DNA of 64,000 nucleotides from NCBI GenBank assembly GCA_038204995.1, contig JBBRCH010000006.1, positions 1,324 through 65,323 of the forward strand, given 5' to 3'. The notes under the pieces were generated by a model. That model did no database searches. It saw only the letters and a list, made by a program, of their open reading frames with translations, and was not told where the DNA came from. Made by a program: the position numbers and the translations under genes. Each line of letters starts with the position of its first letter. Position 1 is the first letter of the stretch. Positions 1 to 10,350 of this stretch are shown piece by piece. This DNA is from Bacteroidales bacterium (GTDB lineage Bacteria > Bacteroidota > Bacteroidia > Bacteroidales > UBA4417).

Positions 1-208
1 CAATTGCAAATAAAAGTTGTTGTGCAAAAAGGATATCCTGAGGTACTGCATGATGAAAATGCCACATCAAAGCATCGCAATCATCCAATTGATCAATAAT
101 ATCACTTTGATAACAATCAACAATTTTATATGGAATACCTTTTTGTTCAAAGTATTCTTTCCAGAGTTCACTAAACGAATTTTTTCTATTATGCAAGGCA
201 ATTTTCAT
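1..208 (-). CDS. ATP-grasp domain protein, N-terminal fragment (gene runs off the window start); paralog of 1999..3033
   Basis: Absent from the ORF track because the window edge truncates it. Reverse complement from the ATG at 208..206 reads MKIALHNRKNSFSELWKEYFEQKGIPYKIVDCYQSDIIDQLDDCDALMWHFHHAVPQDILFAQQLLFAI. This is about 70% identical to the first 69 aa of the 344-aa ORF at 1999..3033. The + strand ORF 17..286 is its shadow. Confidence 0.65.
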   Translation of the reverse strand, partial: MKIALHNRKNSFSELWKEYFEQKGIPYKIVDCYQSDIIDQLDDCDALMWHFHHAVPQDILFAQQLLFAI

Positions 209-466
209 AGCAATGGATTATTAATTTCGTATCAGCTCAATTTGTACAAAATTGAGCAATTTTTTCGATCTTATCCCGTGACTTAGTTACTTATATATTT
301 GAATATTACCTGTTAAAACAAACTAAATCTATATATCTATAAGTTTTATAGATTTATATTAACATATTGAAAACAACAATTATTACACATTTAAGTTCTG
401 AGTTAACTTATCTCGTTTTGAAATATTTTGGTTAAAATGATCATATTTTGCAAATGATTTGCTATA

Positions 467-1645
467 CTACTTAATGTCAATAAATTGCTTCAATTCAGCT
501 CCATATTTTAAATAATTCAAATTCGTTGTGCCAATTCTATTTCCTTCTTCAGCTATCTTTTTCAATTGATCCTTTAAGGGTAAAAATTCTCTAAGTTTCT
601 GAATATATGATTCAACTGTATATTCGTCAGCAAGTATAGCAGATATTCCATCGGTAAAATAATATTTCATCTCTCCAAGTTTGGTTGATATAATAGGTTT
701 TCGAGCCGCACTGTACTCCCCTACTTTATGGTGAAAACCTGCAATATCCTGAACGACATTTCTCATTGGGGCTATGAGTAATTCTGATTCCAGATAAATT
801 TTTATCAGATCATTATGAGGGACGTTAGTTTTCAAAACAATATCATTGCTAAACTGACTCTGAGCAATTTTATTCATTAATGTCCGATATGACTCCCCGT
901 TTTTATCACCAACTCCAATAGCCAGCAACAATTCTCCATGATAAAAATTCAATTCCCTTATGCTATTATAAAGATCAATTATAAATTCAATAACTGACAA
1001 ATATCCTATTGAACCACAATACATCAGGTATTGGCCTTGTGTTACATCTTCGACAAAGTCGAATTCTTCAAAATCACATATTGCAGGTATTTTTATAATT
1101 GGAAGAGTCTTGTTTTTTGCAAGAACCCGATTTTTCAAAAATTCACTTATTACAATGATACTATCACAGAAAAAAAAACTATAATTATCAATTAATTTTG
1201 CATTTAAATTAGAAAATGTGTTTTTTCTGCCTGAAATTGATGATACAAGCTCAACATAATGAATTATAATTTTAAAATTAAGTATTTTGGACAGCAACCG
1301 GTAATATAATAGCTCGCTAAAAGTTACTCCGGTTACGATTGCAGTATGAATGCTTTTGCGTTTCTTAACTAAGAGTATTAATTCCCCTAAATATCCTGAT
1401 ATTCTATTCAGATTTCGAACAATAAAATTATCAGGACGATTTATTAACATTGAGGTTGAAACATACGGGATTCCCTGATATCTATTAATTCTACTGGTCA
1501 ATTCAGTTTTGTACAAACTGTGTTTACTAATAATAAGAGGGTTACAGCCAGCAAGTTTTAAGCCCTTGAAGGTTAATTTGATCCGTTGAATTACAGCATT
1601 ATTTCCTATGGGGAATCCCGAAGTTCCTAAATGGATAATATACAT
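467..1645 (-). CDS. glycosyltransferase, GT-B fold (family 4-like)
   Basis: 392-aa ORF. The N-terminal MYIIHLGTSGFPIGNNA loop and the C-terminal FHHKVGEYSAARKPIISTKLGE segment resemble 'glycosyl transferases group 1'. It lies inside the polysaccharide locus. Confidence 0.7.
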   Translation of the reverse strand: MYIIHLGTSGFPIGNNAVIQRIKLTFKGLKLAGCNPLIISKHSLYKTELTSRINRYQGIPYVSTSMLINRPDNFIVRNLNRISGYLGELILLVKKRKSIHTAIVTGVTFSELLYYRLLSKILNFKIIIHYVELVSSISGRKNTFSNLNAKLIDNYSFFFCDSIIVISEFLKNRVLAKNKTLPIIKIPAICDFEEFDFVEDVTQGQYLMYCGSIGYLSVIEFIIDLYNSIRELNFYHGELLLAIGVGDKNGESYRTLMNKIAQSQFSNDIVLKTNVPHNDLIKIYLESELLIAPMRNVVQDIAGFHHKVGEYSAARKPIISTKLGEMKYYFTDGISAILADEYTVESYIQKLREFLPLKDQLKKIAEEGNRIGTTNLNYLKYGAELKQFIDIK

Positions 1646-1998
1646 GTGTATTGGGGACTGGATAACTATTAATTACACTAATTGCAGACTAAATTATTTC
1701 ACAGAGAGGCTAATCATTATAAATTTGCTGCAATTCAATTACTTAATTTAATTTGACCTTATTCTTGATTTTATAACATTTTCCAAACTATTTCCAAACT
1801 CAAACCTCATGCTATTTTCAATTCTTTAAGAGTGAACCAGAATAAAAAAAATTTAGATTTAAAAACTGAGGTATTAATTCAAACTATGAAATTATCGCCT
1901 GAATATCATTAGATTCCTACTATCGATAATTTACAAATCTATAATCGTCAGGTAATTATAGCCGATTTACTCCTGAATAAATCTTTACTATTGTCCGA

Positions 1999-3033
1999 TC
2001 AGTGGCCTGGTAGTTCTTTTTGTTTTACTTGGCGTACGATCTGGTCAACCATCCAATTACAAAAATTAAATTCTCCCTCATAAAAATTCAAGTCACTATC
2101 CCAATATCCCGGGCAGGATTTATATGGATAGATTGAGGTACCATAGCTAATCTCGACAATCAGCGGGATCCCATTATCATAAACAAAATCAAAGGCAACA
2201 ATTTGAAGTTGAAGCTTATTTGCAACATCAAATGATATCTTCAAGGTTGTCTCATCAATTAACTCTTTGCCGTAAAGGGCCATATGACTGCCTGAAGCCC
2301 TGAAATCTTTTTTGCGTACTAATCGTTTAGCGCCAAAAGCTTTGTTGTCAACAACAACTATTCTGGTATCAGATGTGTTATTGGGTATGAAGTTTTGAAA
2401 ATAAATATACCCCTTTTGATCAACAGAGAATTTTTCAAATTCAGTTCGGTATGCTAACCTGACTATTCCTTTTATTACATCGAGCAATTTAGTGTCTCCG
2501 ATTTTATATTTCCTGTAAGTTTCTTTCAAACTTATCCATGCGTTATATTGTTTGAATCCTGATCCGAATGCTTGTCTTACAAGTTGGATGGCTTCTTTTC
2601 GCGAATTTACTAATTTTACATTCTGCGAACTAGCACCAACCCTGAGTTTAAACACTTTTGGAAACTCAGTTTCATTTATCCATTTTAAAGCATCCGATTT
2701 AAAATAAAACACATAGGAAGGAACCATTTGGGAACCTTTCGCTTCCATTAAATATTTCTGTCCAACTTTATCATCAAAATGCCAAATAGTATTAAAGTCA
2801 GGAAAAACAATTTTATCAGCTGCTTCTAATGAATACATTAATTGTTTGGCAAAGAGAATGTCTTTTGGAATCGCGTGATGAAAATGCCACATCAAAGCAT
2901 CACAATCTTCTAGTTGAGCAATGATGTCACTTTGATAACAATCGACAATTTTAACCGGAATACCATTCTTTTCACAATATTTTATCCATTCTTCACTATA
3001 AGAATTGTCTCTTTTATGTATAGCAATTTTCAT
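1999..3033 (-). CDS. ATP-grasp domain protein (RimK-like ligase fold)
   Basis: 344 aa. It has a pre-ATP-grasp N-domain, then FPKVFKLRVGASSQNVKLV and FQNFIPNNTSDTRIVVVDNKAFGAKRLVRKKDFRASGSH, which match the RimK/ATP-grasp nucleotide-binding pattern. Confidence 0.7.
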   Translation of the reverse strand: MKIAIHKRDNSYSEEWIKYCEKNGIPVKIVDCYQSDIIAQLEDCDALMWHFHHAIPKDILFAKQLMYSLEAADKIVFPDFNTIWHFDDKVGQKYLMEAKGSQMVPSYVFYFKSDALKWINETEFPKVFKLRVGASSQNVKLVNSRKEAIQLVRQAFGSGFKQYNAWISLKETYRKYKIGDTKLLDVIKGIVRLAYRTEFEKFSVDQKGYIYFQNFIPNNTSDTRIVVVDNKAFGAKRLVRKKDFRASGSHMALYGKELIDETTLKISFDVANKLQLQIVAFDFVYDNGIPLIVEISYGTSIYPYKSCPGYWDSDLNFYEGEFNFCNWMVDQIVRQVKQKELPGH

Positions 3034-3222
3034 ATCATTTTCATATCAGGCACTATGAACTGAAATTCAGGAATTGTAAGTTTTATGCATATTAAAACAG
3101 AAAAAACGGTAACTCAAAATAACTCCTTCGTTCTGAAATTGGATCGTTAATAATTCAGGTTCCATTCAGCAATAATTATTACAGCATTTTATTAATATTC
3201 AATAGTAAAATCACTGATTTCT

Positions 3223-4383
3223 TCACTTGGTCTTTATATAATTTTCTATAATTGCTAGAGAAACATCCTGAAGAGATTCGCATCTCGAAAAATTTAAAAT
3301 TGCTTTCAATTGGTTTCGTCTGATAAAGTATTGTTCTAATTTTAATTTACGAATGACTGACCTTAAAAAATTATACTTTAGTACATATGAGGTGCTAAAG
3401 TTCGACAATACATATTTCTTTTGAGTATCTATAAAGGTATCAAATTCTCTTTGCAAAAGTTCAGGATCCGCTATAATTTCATTAATATCCTTTATCGAAT
3501 TGTCAAATTCAAGTCTGTTATTTTCATCAAATAATTCAACTTTCAATTGCCCTTTACATTGCTTGTAAGGAATTAATGACCATGAAACTTCTATACGCTT
3601 ATTAATTTGAATATTTAGTAATACTCCTTCATACCATCCTTCAAAATCGGTGGTGCTATCAAATAAAAAATTTCCCAATCCATAGAATATTGGCACTCCC
3701 TTAAAGATTTCATATCCACTAATACTATGCGAATGGTGTCCGATAATAATAGTAGCACCTTGTTCCGCATAAAAACGATATAGATCAACTATTCTTGGGC
3801 TTGGGTATTTGAAGTATTCTATTCCTCCATGAATTACAAGAATAACTATATCTGCTTCTTTTTTTGCTCTCTGAATTGATCTAAGGTTAGCAATTATATT
3901 TAATGGATTAGCGCCTCCATGAGATCCATTTGCATTTGACCATTCATTCTCAGCAATATTTACTATACCAACGGTTAATTGTTCAAATTTTTTATAATAT
4001 ATCTCTGATGCCTCTTCCATTGTCAATCCGGCTCCGACTGTCGAAATTTTATGGTCTCTGCATAAATCAAGTGTATCTGATAATCCTTTATCCCCATAAT
4101 CATAGATATGATTGTTTGCTAATGTTACCAGACCTACTTTTAAAAAATCCAGGACACCTATGGTTTGCGGTGTCGATTTTAGGTGTGGTCCGGTTTTAGT
4201 AATCTGATGTTCAGACCCGGCATGAGTAAGAGAAGATTCAAGATTTACAATATTTAAATCTGAATTATTGAATAATCCGTATATTTTTTCATCAAACAGT
4301 GATTCCGGATTATTAATAGCTATCGATTCTATTCTTCGTCCTAAAAACAGATCTCCGGCAATATTAATATTTATAGAATCCAT
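3223..4383 (-). CDS. CapA family protein (PGA_cap metallophosphatase-like, poly-gamma-glutamate capsule protein homolog)
   Basis: 386 aa. IAGDLFLGRR, VNLESSLT, LANNHIYDYGDKGLSDTL, VGAG and VIHGGIEY follow the CapA/YwtB calcineurin-like layout. Confidence 0.75.
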   Translation of the reverse strand: MDSININIAGDLFLGRRIESIAINNPESLFDEKIYGLFNNSDLNIVNLESSLTHAGSEHQITKTGPHLKSTPQTIGVLDFLKVGLVTLANNHIYDYGDKGLSDTLDLCRDHKISTVGAGLTMEEASEIYYKKFEQLTVGIVNIAENEWSNANGSHGGANPLNIIANLRSIQRAKKEADIVILVIHGGIEYFKYPSPRIVDLYRFYAEQGATIIIGHHSHSISGYEIFKGVPIFYGLGNFLFDSTTDFEGWYEGVLLNIQINKRIEVSWSLIPYKQCKGQLKVELFDENNRLEFDNSIKDINEIIADPELLQREFDTFIDTQKKYVLSNFSTSYVLKYNFLRSVIRKLKLEQYFIRRNQLKAILNFSRCESLQDVSLAIIENYIKTK

Positions 4384-4688
4384 TTCTGTTTATTAAATTT
4401 TAGTAATTGAAATTATTGACTTTAAATATGTATTTCTCAAAGTTATAAATAAAATTGCATTTGATGCAGCTTAATTTTTCTATTGAAAGTAAACAGTAAT
4501 ATGAGTGGATCATTCTTAACAGGTTTCTGGAAGTCTGCTTTTCCAATTAATCATTAATGAATGTTTTAATTAATCGTCTAAACAATCAACTTTGTAACCA
4601 AAATTTTGAAGTACTATTGATATCATTTGTCTCCAGGTAAAGCTATAGAAAACTAAAACCATTCTGATCAACATCCATTTGACTTATT

Positions 4689-5996
4689 TTAATTTTGGAT
4701 CGCATTTTTAAAATTCTCTCTTACTGCTTGGCTGTTGTAATTATTTATTGCAAACTCTTTCGCCAGGCTGCCTAATGACATTCTTAAATCCTGATTTTCA
4801 TATAGGTTATAAATTGCCCGTTCGAGTTTATCCGTAGAATTTTCCGGGACCACATATGCCCACTTATATTTTAAAGCATGCTTTGTAACAGCGGTTTCCG
4901 AACTGGAGTATACAAGAATAGGTGTTCCCGAAACCATATATTCACTTGCTTTCGTGGGCATTGAATATTTAAGAAAAGAGATTGCTCTATCATCAAAATC
5001 ATTCGGTAAAACCAATAGATCTGCCGCTGAAAAAACATCAGGCAGCTGATTGTATGAACATGGGCTTCGCAGTATGACAAAGTCAAACTTTACCAATTCT
5101 TTCAATACAACATTATCTGTAGTTGCTTGGATGAGAAACTTGATCTTCAATCCCCTAACTATCAGAGCCTTTATAGCGATAGCAATCTCCAGAAGGCAAT
5201 TTTGGAGACCTGTCCCAATTCTACCTGCATATAGAATTTCGAAAGGTTCCTTACGTGAATAATCTTTCCTGATGCCTGGTGACCAACTTTTAACATCAAT
5301 TGGATTGTGAAAAGGCATGAATTTTCTACCGTATCTTAAAAAGTATTCATCACTCATTGACTCGCTGATGCTCATTAAAACTGCCGATTTTTTAAATAAT
5401 TGCCTTAATTCCCTGTTGATGTAATATCGCCAATATAAACGAAAAATGCCTTTTTGGTCGTTGGTAATAGTTGTCGGCCAATCATCCATTATATGTATTA
5501 CAAGAGGTTTATTAAGATCATCATACAACTTTTTTATAAAGCGAATAAGTTCAAGAGATGCGAGTTGAGTATAAATGATATCAGGTGAAAATTCATTAAT
5601 CCATTCTAAGAATTCTTTACTGGCTTTAAATTTACGTCTCCGATGGATTTGCCCTGTATAAAAAAGCAATTTATCTTTAATCTTTTCCGCCATACTTTCT
5701 GATTGTCTGGAAGGAATGGCATACTCGCCATGGTTCCCTGATACCTGAATAACTCCAGACTTTGTGCCTTCTTTGGAAAGTTTCAGATTAAAAGGGAATT
5801 CACGAGCAATTTCAAGAGCACCAAGTTGATATATATTTTCACATACAGAAAAATCAGGATTGCTAATGTTATTAGCAGCGACAGCAATGCACTTTTTATC
5901 CCAACCAGTGAAGAGATTGGTCATCGTAATGCCGGCACCTGACCTTTTATCAAAGTATTGTCCGATAATTAACACTTTAACGTTATTGGGTTGCAT
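4689..5996 (-). CDS. glycosyltransferase (GT-B, family 4-like)
   Basis: 435 aa. The N-terminus VKVLIIGQYFDKRSGAGIT and the C-terminal PTKASEYMVSGTPILVYSS donor-binding-like motif fit the family. Capsule-locus context supports the call. Confidence 0.65.
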   Translation of the reverse strand: MQPNNVKVLIIGQYFDKRSGAGITMTNLFTGWDKKCIAVAANNISNPDFSVCENIYQLGALEIAREFPFNLKLSKEGTKSGVIQVSGNHGEYAIPSRQSESMAEKIKDKLLFYTGQIHRRRKFKASKEFLEWINEFSPDIIYTQLASLELIRFIKKLYDDLNKPLVIHIMDDWPTTITNDQKGIFRLYWRYYINRELRQLFKKSAVLMSISESMSDEYFLRYGRKFMPFHNPIDVKSWSPGIRKDYSRKEPFEILYAGRIGTGLQNCLLEIAIAIKALIVRGLKIKFLIQATTDNVVLKELVKFDFVILRSPCSYNQLPDVFSAADLLVLPNDFDDRAISFLKYSMPTKASEYMVSGTPILVYSSSETAVTKHALKYKWAYVVPENSTDKLERAIYNLYENQDLRMSLGSLAKEFAINNYNSQAVRENFKNAIQN

Positions 5997-6278
5997 TATT
6001 CGCTTATACTTTTTAATCGTAATTATTGAATAAAGACTAACAGTGGCAAGAGAATTATAAAGGCCTCTGCTTTAATCAAATAAAATCATAAAGAAAAGTC
6101 AATTCTGAAATGTTAAATATTATTCCTTCAATGTAAAATTATTCTATTAAGAAAATGATTCCTGGTGTGAATAAATTTAATACTCTACCTCTCATATGCT
6201 TCTGATTTCGAAAACAGCTTTCTTTAAAGTATTCAGGAATTTCTTCAATTGGTTTAACAACGAAATAAAACTGTATGA

Positions 6279-7547
6279 CTATCTCATTTTGAAATATTCT
6301 CTTAAAGAGCCTTCAGGAAAATTGCGTATTTCTTCAGAGTAACAAATCCCTATTGATATCCAAACCAGGACATAATTGAGAGAAAAAACTGTAACAGGGT
6401 TTGGGTATAGATTCAATACCCATAAAAGGATCCAAATTCCAGCGGCTTTTGAAAGCAGATTTTTTGAATAAAACAATGCTTTTATTATAGCTGGGATTGC
6501 AATTAGCATTAATAATCCAAGACTAATAATCCCACCTTTTAATATGATTGTAAGGTAATCAGTTTCAATACCAAATTTATAATCCTCATTACCTCCACCA
6601 CCTAGATCAAAACCTCCTGGACAATAATACTTACCATTAATACCTTTGCCGATTATCCAATCCTGAGTTTCCATATCATTGTAGAAGTAAATCTCAACCC
6701 CTGTACGGGTATCGTCATCGGCTCTTTCAGTGATTAAACTAAATAACCCGGATTTATTAGCATTGTATAAATTGAATAAAAACATAAATACAAATGGTAA
6801 TAATATAAGGGGGAAAAATCTATTTAGTAGTTTACCTTTATTTTCAATGAAGTACAAAATTGCTGAAATCATAAGAATTGTTCCCGACATAAACATCAAT
6901 CCACGTCGGGCTCTTATAACAGCTAACCCGAATGTTAGAAGCATGATGAATAATGACCATAGATTGCGTTTGCTTGAGTGATAAACAAAAGTTAGCAATA
7001 TGAAACCGCAGGTTATACTTAAGTTTTTTGAAAAGTACTCAATTTTTGCCTGACTATAATCATTTCTTCCAATTTGTAACAGGTCGCCAAAATTTAAGAA
7101 AACAAAAAACAGATAAATAGCACTGAGTAGTACAATAACATTGAATATAATCTTTAAAGATTTAATATTTTTCGGGAATAACAATACTAAAGGCACGAAA
7201 TATAAAAAAAGCCCTTGAGAAGCATCAAAAATCATTTGTTCTATGAATTCTTTCTCAAAAAGAAATCCTCTACCAATTACAGTAACAATCCAAATACAAT
7301 AAATAGTAAATACAACTCTTAAATATTTATCTTCGATATTTGAACTGATAAGAAAGACAGCTGCCGGAATGAATATTAATACTCCTAATAACTGAGCATA
7401 TGTTATTAAACTGCTTGTAACAACGCCGGTGACAATAAGTGAATATGCAGCTGAATATATACTAAATCCTATCCAAAAATATTGAAAATTCTTAATGTTT
7501 TGTATATTAAGACTATCAACAAATGACTTTTTGGTATTATCTTGCAT
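6279..7547 (-). CDS. wzy: O-antigen/EPS polymerase-like integral membrane protein (Wzy / O-antigen ligase family)
   Basis: 422 aa with about 10 hydrophobic segments. It has one large hydrophilic loop (ERADDDTRTGVEIYFYNDMETQDWIIGKGINGKYY) near the C-terminal third. It sits between glycosyltransferases and the flippase. Confidence 0.55.
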   Translation of the reverse strand: MQDNTKKSFVDSLNIQNIKNFQYFWIGFSIYSAAYSLIVTGVVTSSLITYAQLLGVLIFIPAAVFLISSNIEDKYLRVVFTIYCIWIVTVIGRGFLFEKEFIEQMIFDASQGLFLYFVPLVLLFPKNIKSLKIIFNVIVLLSAIYLFFVFLNFGDLLQIGRNDYSQAKIEYFSKNLSITCGFILLTFVYHSSKRNLWSLFIMLLTFGLAVIRARRGLMFMSGTILMISAILYFIENKGKLLNRFFPLILLPFVFMFLFNLYNANKSGLFSLITERADDDTRTGVEIYFYNDMETQDWIIGKGINGKYYCPGGFDLGGGGNEDYKFGIETDYLTIILKGGIISLGLLMLIAIPAIIKALFYSKNLLSKAAGIWILLWVLNLYPNPVTVFSLNYVLVWISIGICYSEEIRNFPEGSLREYFKMR

Positions 7548-7704
7548 TTTAGAATTACAGGCTAAGTTTAATTATATCTTAATATTTGTATGTATTATTT
7601 AACTTTTTGTATATATTTTATTATTATATGCCAGAAAAAAAAATAGAATTTTGGCAAACTCTTTAAGCAATTTTGAAAAAGCAATAAAGAGAAGGCATTT
7701 ATTG

Positions 7705-8901
7705 CTATTGTAAGGTTGAATCCACTTGGTCTGTTACAAGGATATTTGAAACAATAGATCTGAAACTTTTTTCAAAAGTATTGAGTGTGAAATTACTATG
7801 AGCAAACTCAAAAACTTTTTTACTGAATATTTCCAACTCATTCACATTTATTTGGATTAATTCAGTCAATTTCAGATCAACGTATTCAATTTTAAAATCG
7901 TCAAGAAAAATAGCATTTTCCCCTAAACGGTTAAAACCTGCATTTCGCATGACAATCGGAATAAGTCCATGAAGCATGCCGGTTAAAACCGAAGTAGCAC
8001 AACCTTCAGAACAAGATAGGAGTATAATATAGGTACATTCTTCTGTTAATTTCTGGAACAAATCCGAATTAATATTAACATGCCCGTATGCAAAAATATT
8101 TTCTTTCTCAGGAATGCTCAATATGTTCATATCTTCACTGGTCATTCCACATATATGAAGTTCAATATCTGTTCTTTGACTAAAAACGTCCAGTAAAATA
8201 TCCAGCCCTTTGTGTATTACCCCACTAGACCCTAACCATAAAAACTTATTTCCCGACTTTAAATGGTTCTTATTATTATATTTAAAATTACGATTAATTA
8301 TTCCTGTCGGGAATATGGTATATGGGTTATCGTATTGGTCTTTGAGTGGTTCCGTTTCACTCAATGTTAACACATGAGTATACTTTTTCTCCAAATGTTC
8401 AGGTTTATAAAACATACCACTGCGTTTGAGAGAGACATTTTTTTTATGTCTGGCATAAAAATAATCAACTCTTTTTTTCTCCTCCTGATATGAAAACACA
8501 GGATGATGCTCCGTCATGTATAATATTGATATTGCCTCGGGTTGTAATTCTGTAATTTGATAAAATGCTTCTCCGAATCCGAATATTACATGGTATTTTG
8601 CATCTGAGATTAGTTCTATCGCCTTAGTATCATTGCAATTAATCAAATCGATACAATATCCCAATTCAGAAAATACTTTTACAATTTTAAATATTTCAAA
8701 ATATATGGTCCTGCGTATGTTGATCTCAACGTTTGTAAAATAGCCTTTCTCAAGATAACAGATAAGAACTTTTGGTTGAGAATTCAAACCATCGTAATTA
8801 ATATTTCTAACAAATAAAGGATTATGAGCTCGCTGAACATAAAAATAATCCTTTATTTTATTCCAAATTTTATTTTTTATCTCCAAGGTTGAGTAGACCA
8901 T
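7705..8901 (-). CDS. glycosyltransferase (GT-B fold)
   Basis: 398 aa. FLWLGSSGVIHKGLDILL and LLSCSEGCATSVLTGMLHGLIPIV resemble the GT1/GT4 C-terminal domain. Confidence 0.6.
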   Translation of the reverse strand: MVYSTLEIKNKIWNKIKDYFYVQRAHNPLFVRNINYDGLNSQPKVLICYLEKGYFTNVEINIRRTIYFEIFKIVKVFSELGYCIDLINCNDTKAIELISDAKYHVIFGFGEAFYQITELQPEAISILYMTEHHPVFSYQEEKKRVDYFYARHKKNVSLKRSGMFYKPEHLEKKYTHVLTLSETEPLKDQYDNPYTIFPTGIINRNFKYNNKNHLKSGNKFLWLGSSGVIHKGLDILLDVFSQRTDIELHICGMTSEDMNILSIPEKENIFAYGHVNINSDLFQKLTEECTYIILLSCSEGCATSVLTGMLHGLIPIVMRNAGFNRLGENAIFLDDFKIEYVDLKLTELIQINVNELEIFSKKVFEFAHSNFTLNTFEKSFRSIVSNILVTDQVDSTLQ

Positions 8902-8930
8902 TTAAGTAGAACATTTAACAAGTATTGAAT

Positions 8931-10310
8931 TTATTTAACCCAGATACCTCTTTTATTTCTAATAATTATTTGATGATATTGAATCGGAGCTATGATGTAG
9001 GTATTAAAATTAGCAATAATTGCTGCAATAAATAATGAATAAACGCCCATATGAAAATATTTTAACAATATGAGAGTAACAAGTATATACAAAAATGGAC
9101 TTATAACACTTGCCCAGAATTGGATTCGCAACGCACTTATTCCATTTAGAAAACTCACATATTTCCCTCCAAAAACAGAGGTATTAAAAAACAAAAAACC
9201 ACACAAGGATAAAATGAAATCTATATGCACTTTCCCTTCACCAAGCCAGAGTCGATAAACTGTGCCTGAAGAAACCAACATAATTAACCCAATAACTACC
9301 ATTATTATATTCAGCTGATTGTATCTTTTAATGGCATTTTTGATCCATTGAATATCATTTTTAAGAAATGCCTCAGTTGATGCAGACCAAAACGGTGTTA
9401 GAAAAATAGTAAACACCATAATCATAACACCAAAGTATCTGTATACAATCTGATATGATGTTACTTCTGCAACTCCGAAGTTTTGGGCAATTATTATATT
9501 GGCACTCTGAAATTGCAAAATATTTGCAAATTGAATGATAAAAAATGTCAAACCTAAATTGAAAAGGCTTTTTGAGTAGGAAAAATCGACTTTTGAAAAT
9601 TTTGGTCTATATTGCTTATAAACGCCGTTATAGAGTAATAAGTTAGCTAAAAAAAGAACTAACAGTGGAGAAAGGCAGAATGCTAGCGCCAGTTTTATCA
9701 ATGATCCTTCGGTAGTTTTCACCAGAAGAACTACTATTGCTAATGAAAGAATCTGCCCGGTAACTGATATCAATGAAGATCGCGCTGGCTGTTGATTTGC
9801 AGTGTTTACTGTAGTAATTATATTAAATACAAAATTCAAACAAAAGTATGAGAAAACAATTATAGCCAGAATTGTAACTTCTCTTTCCATACTTCCCGAC
9901 ACATTCAGTATTTTAGACCAATCAAGAAAAAAGTTGACACCCATAAAAAGCAGCCAGACACCAAAAAAAATAATTGCTAGTAAGGCATATGTCGTGCTAA
10001 CATAAATCTGCGCAAGCGAATGGTTGCCATTTGCTTTTGCTTCGGCAAACTTATTACGCAACCCTTGGGTAAGGCCAATATCAAAAAAGACAAACCACCC
10101 TATAATAGAACTTAGGGTTAACCAAATACCATACCGTGTTGTATTAACATAGTTGATAGTTAACGGAACCAGAATCAAACTTATAGCAATGCTTAATCCT
10201 TTAATCAGGAAAGAAAAGAGGATATTTTTCTTTGCCTTAACACTTCTCTCCTGACCTTTTGAAAAAAGGCCAATAATGGATGTATAAATTTTAGATTCCG
10301 AGAAAATCAT
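8931..10310 (-). CDS. wzx: polysaccharide flippase (Wzx, MOP/PST family)
   Basis: 459 aa and polytopic (12 or more hydrophobic segments). The N-terminus KAKKNILFSFLIKGLSIAISLILVPLTINYV is typical of O-unit flippases. It lies 40 nt downstream of wzc in the transcription direction. Confidence 0.7.
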   Translation of the reverse strand: MIFSESKIYTSIIGLFSKGQERSVKAKKNILFSFLIKGLSIAISLILVPLTINYVNTTRYGIWLTLSSIIGWFVFFDIGLTQGLRNKFAEAKANGNHSLAQIYVSTTYALLAIIFFGVWLLFMGVNFFLDWSKILNVSGSMEREVTILAIIVFSYFCLNFVFNIITTVNTANQQPARSSLISVTGQILSLAIVVLLVKTTEGSLIKLALAFCLSPLLVLFLANLLLYNGVYKQYRPKFSKVDFSYSKSLFNLGLTFFIIQFANILQFQSANIIIAQNFGVAEVTSYQIVYRYFGVMIMVFTIFLTPFWSASTEAFLKNDIQWIKNAIKRYNQLNIIMVVIGLIMLVSSGTVYRLWLGEGKVHIDFILSLCGFLFFNTSVFGGKYVSFLNGISALRIQFWASVISPFLYILVTLILLKYFHMGVYSLFIAAIIANFNTYIIAPIQYHQIIIRNKRGIWVK

Positions 10311-10350
10311 TTAATTAAAATAATAAATTATTAGTATTAGGACAGCTCCT

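Noticed and set aside
17-286. 89-aa + strand ORF at the window start
   Set aside because: It is the antisense shadow of the minus-strand ATP-grasp N-terminal fragment (1..208), whose translation is about 70% identical to the 1999..3033 protein. The + strand product is low-complexity and has no recognisable motif.
1170-1178. A9 (coding-strand T9, encoding FFF) homopolymer inside the GT4 gene as a slipped-strand phase-variation tract
   Set aside because: Runs of 8-9 A/T are frequent throughout this very AT-rich locus (for example 8443..8450 and 9963..9970). I have no evidence of length variation. It is only worth checking if read-level data are available.
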